This document shows positions 52,493 to 52,498 of a stretch of DNA of 52,498 bases, in pieces. This DNA is from Hyperthermus sp. (lineage in GTDB: Archaea > Thermoproteota > Thermoprotei_A > Sulfolobales > Pyrodictiaceae): assembly GCA_003978665.1 (NCBI GenBank), contig QNYQ01000027.1, positions 1-52,498 on the forward strand. Direction: 5' to 3'. A program made the translations under genes and the position numbers. Position 1 is the stretch's first letter. Each line of letters opens with the position of its first letter. The notes beneath the pieces are model-generated. The model worked only from the letters and a program-made list of their open reading frames with translations. It was not told the origin of the DNA and ran no database searches.

Positions 52493-52498
52493 AGAAGC

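Noticed and set aside
1-52498. Searched by eye for CRISPR arrays, rRNA genes, tRNAs, IS elements, transposases, integrases, reverse transcriptases and inteins
   Set aside because: None was found. There are no regularly spaced direct repeats, no conserved rRNA or tRNA signatures, and no DDE, tyrosine-recombinase or RT motifs in any ORF. A computational scan (tRNAscan-SE, Infernal/Rfam, CRISPR finders, ISfinder) should confirm this.

Overview
This is a 52.5-kb GC-rich window, densely coding on both strands. The protein repertoire points to a hyperthermophilic crenarchaeon, probably Desulfurococcales or Pyrodictiaceae-like (inference). The supporting genes are split CTP:inositol-1-P cytidylyltransferase and CDP-alcohol transferase genes, PurP, archaeal NMD3 and ZPR1, geranylgeranyl reductase, a Tes-like radical SAM, a fused 3-hydroxyacyl-CoA dehydrogenase/crotonase and an ADP-forming acetyl-CoA synthetase beta subunit. 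TATA boxes sit about 25-45 nt before start codons, which also fits. I support about 62 CDS. Confident housekeeping calls are moaA, purP, leuS, serS, glyA, hsp20, tatD, a phosphohexuloisomerase and five radical SAM enzymes. I found no rRNA, tRNA, CRISPR array, transposase or integrase. Six items deserve a second look. (1) A translationally coupled 910-aa P-loop NTPase plus 366-aa helical/winged-helix partner at the right edge (48.7-52.5 kb). (2) Two adjacent large radical SAM genes in the window centre: a COG1031-type enzyme with a non-canonical Cx7Cx2C motif, next to a tetraether-synthase-like enzyme. (3) An intergenic C/D-box sRNA candidate whose D guide complements the conserved 16S 530-loop sequence. 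(4) An antitoxin-PIN-antitoxin sandwich carrying an 87-bp perfect DNA repeat. (5) An AT-richer island at the left edge with three unrecognisable overlapping ORFs. (6) An accessory block of small hypothetical proteins (8.5-19 kb) that includes a recurring CP[WY]Y...C...C...CP[VF][FY] four-cysteine module. All functional names rest on motif recognition by eye. No database search was run.
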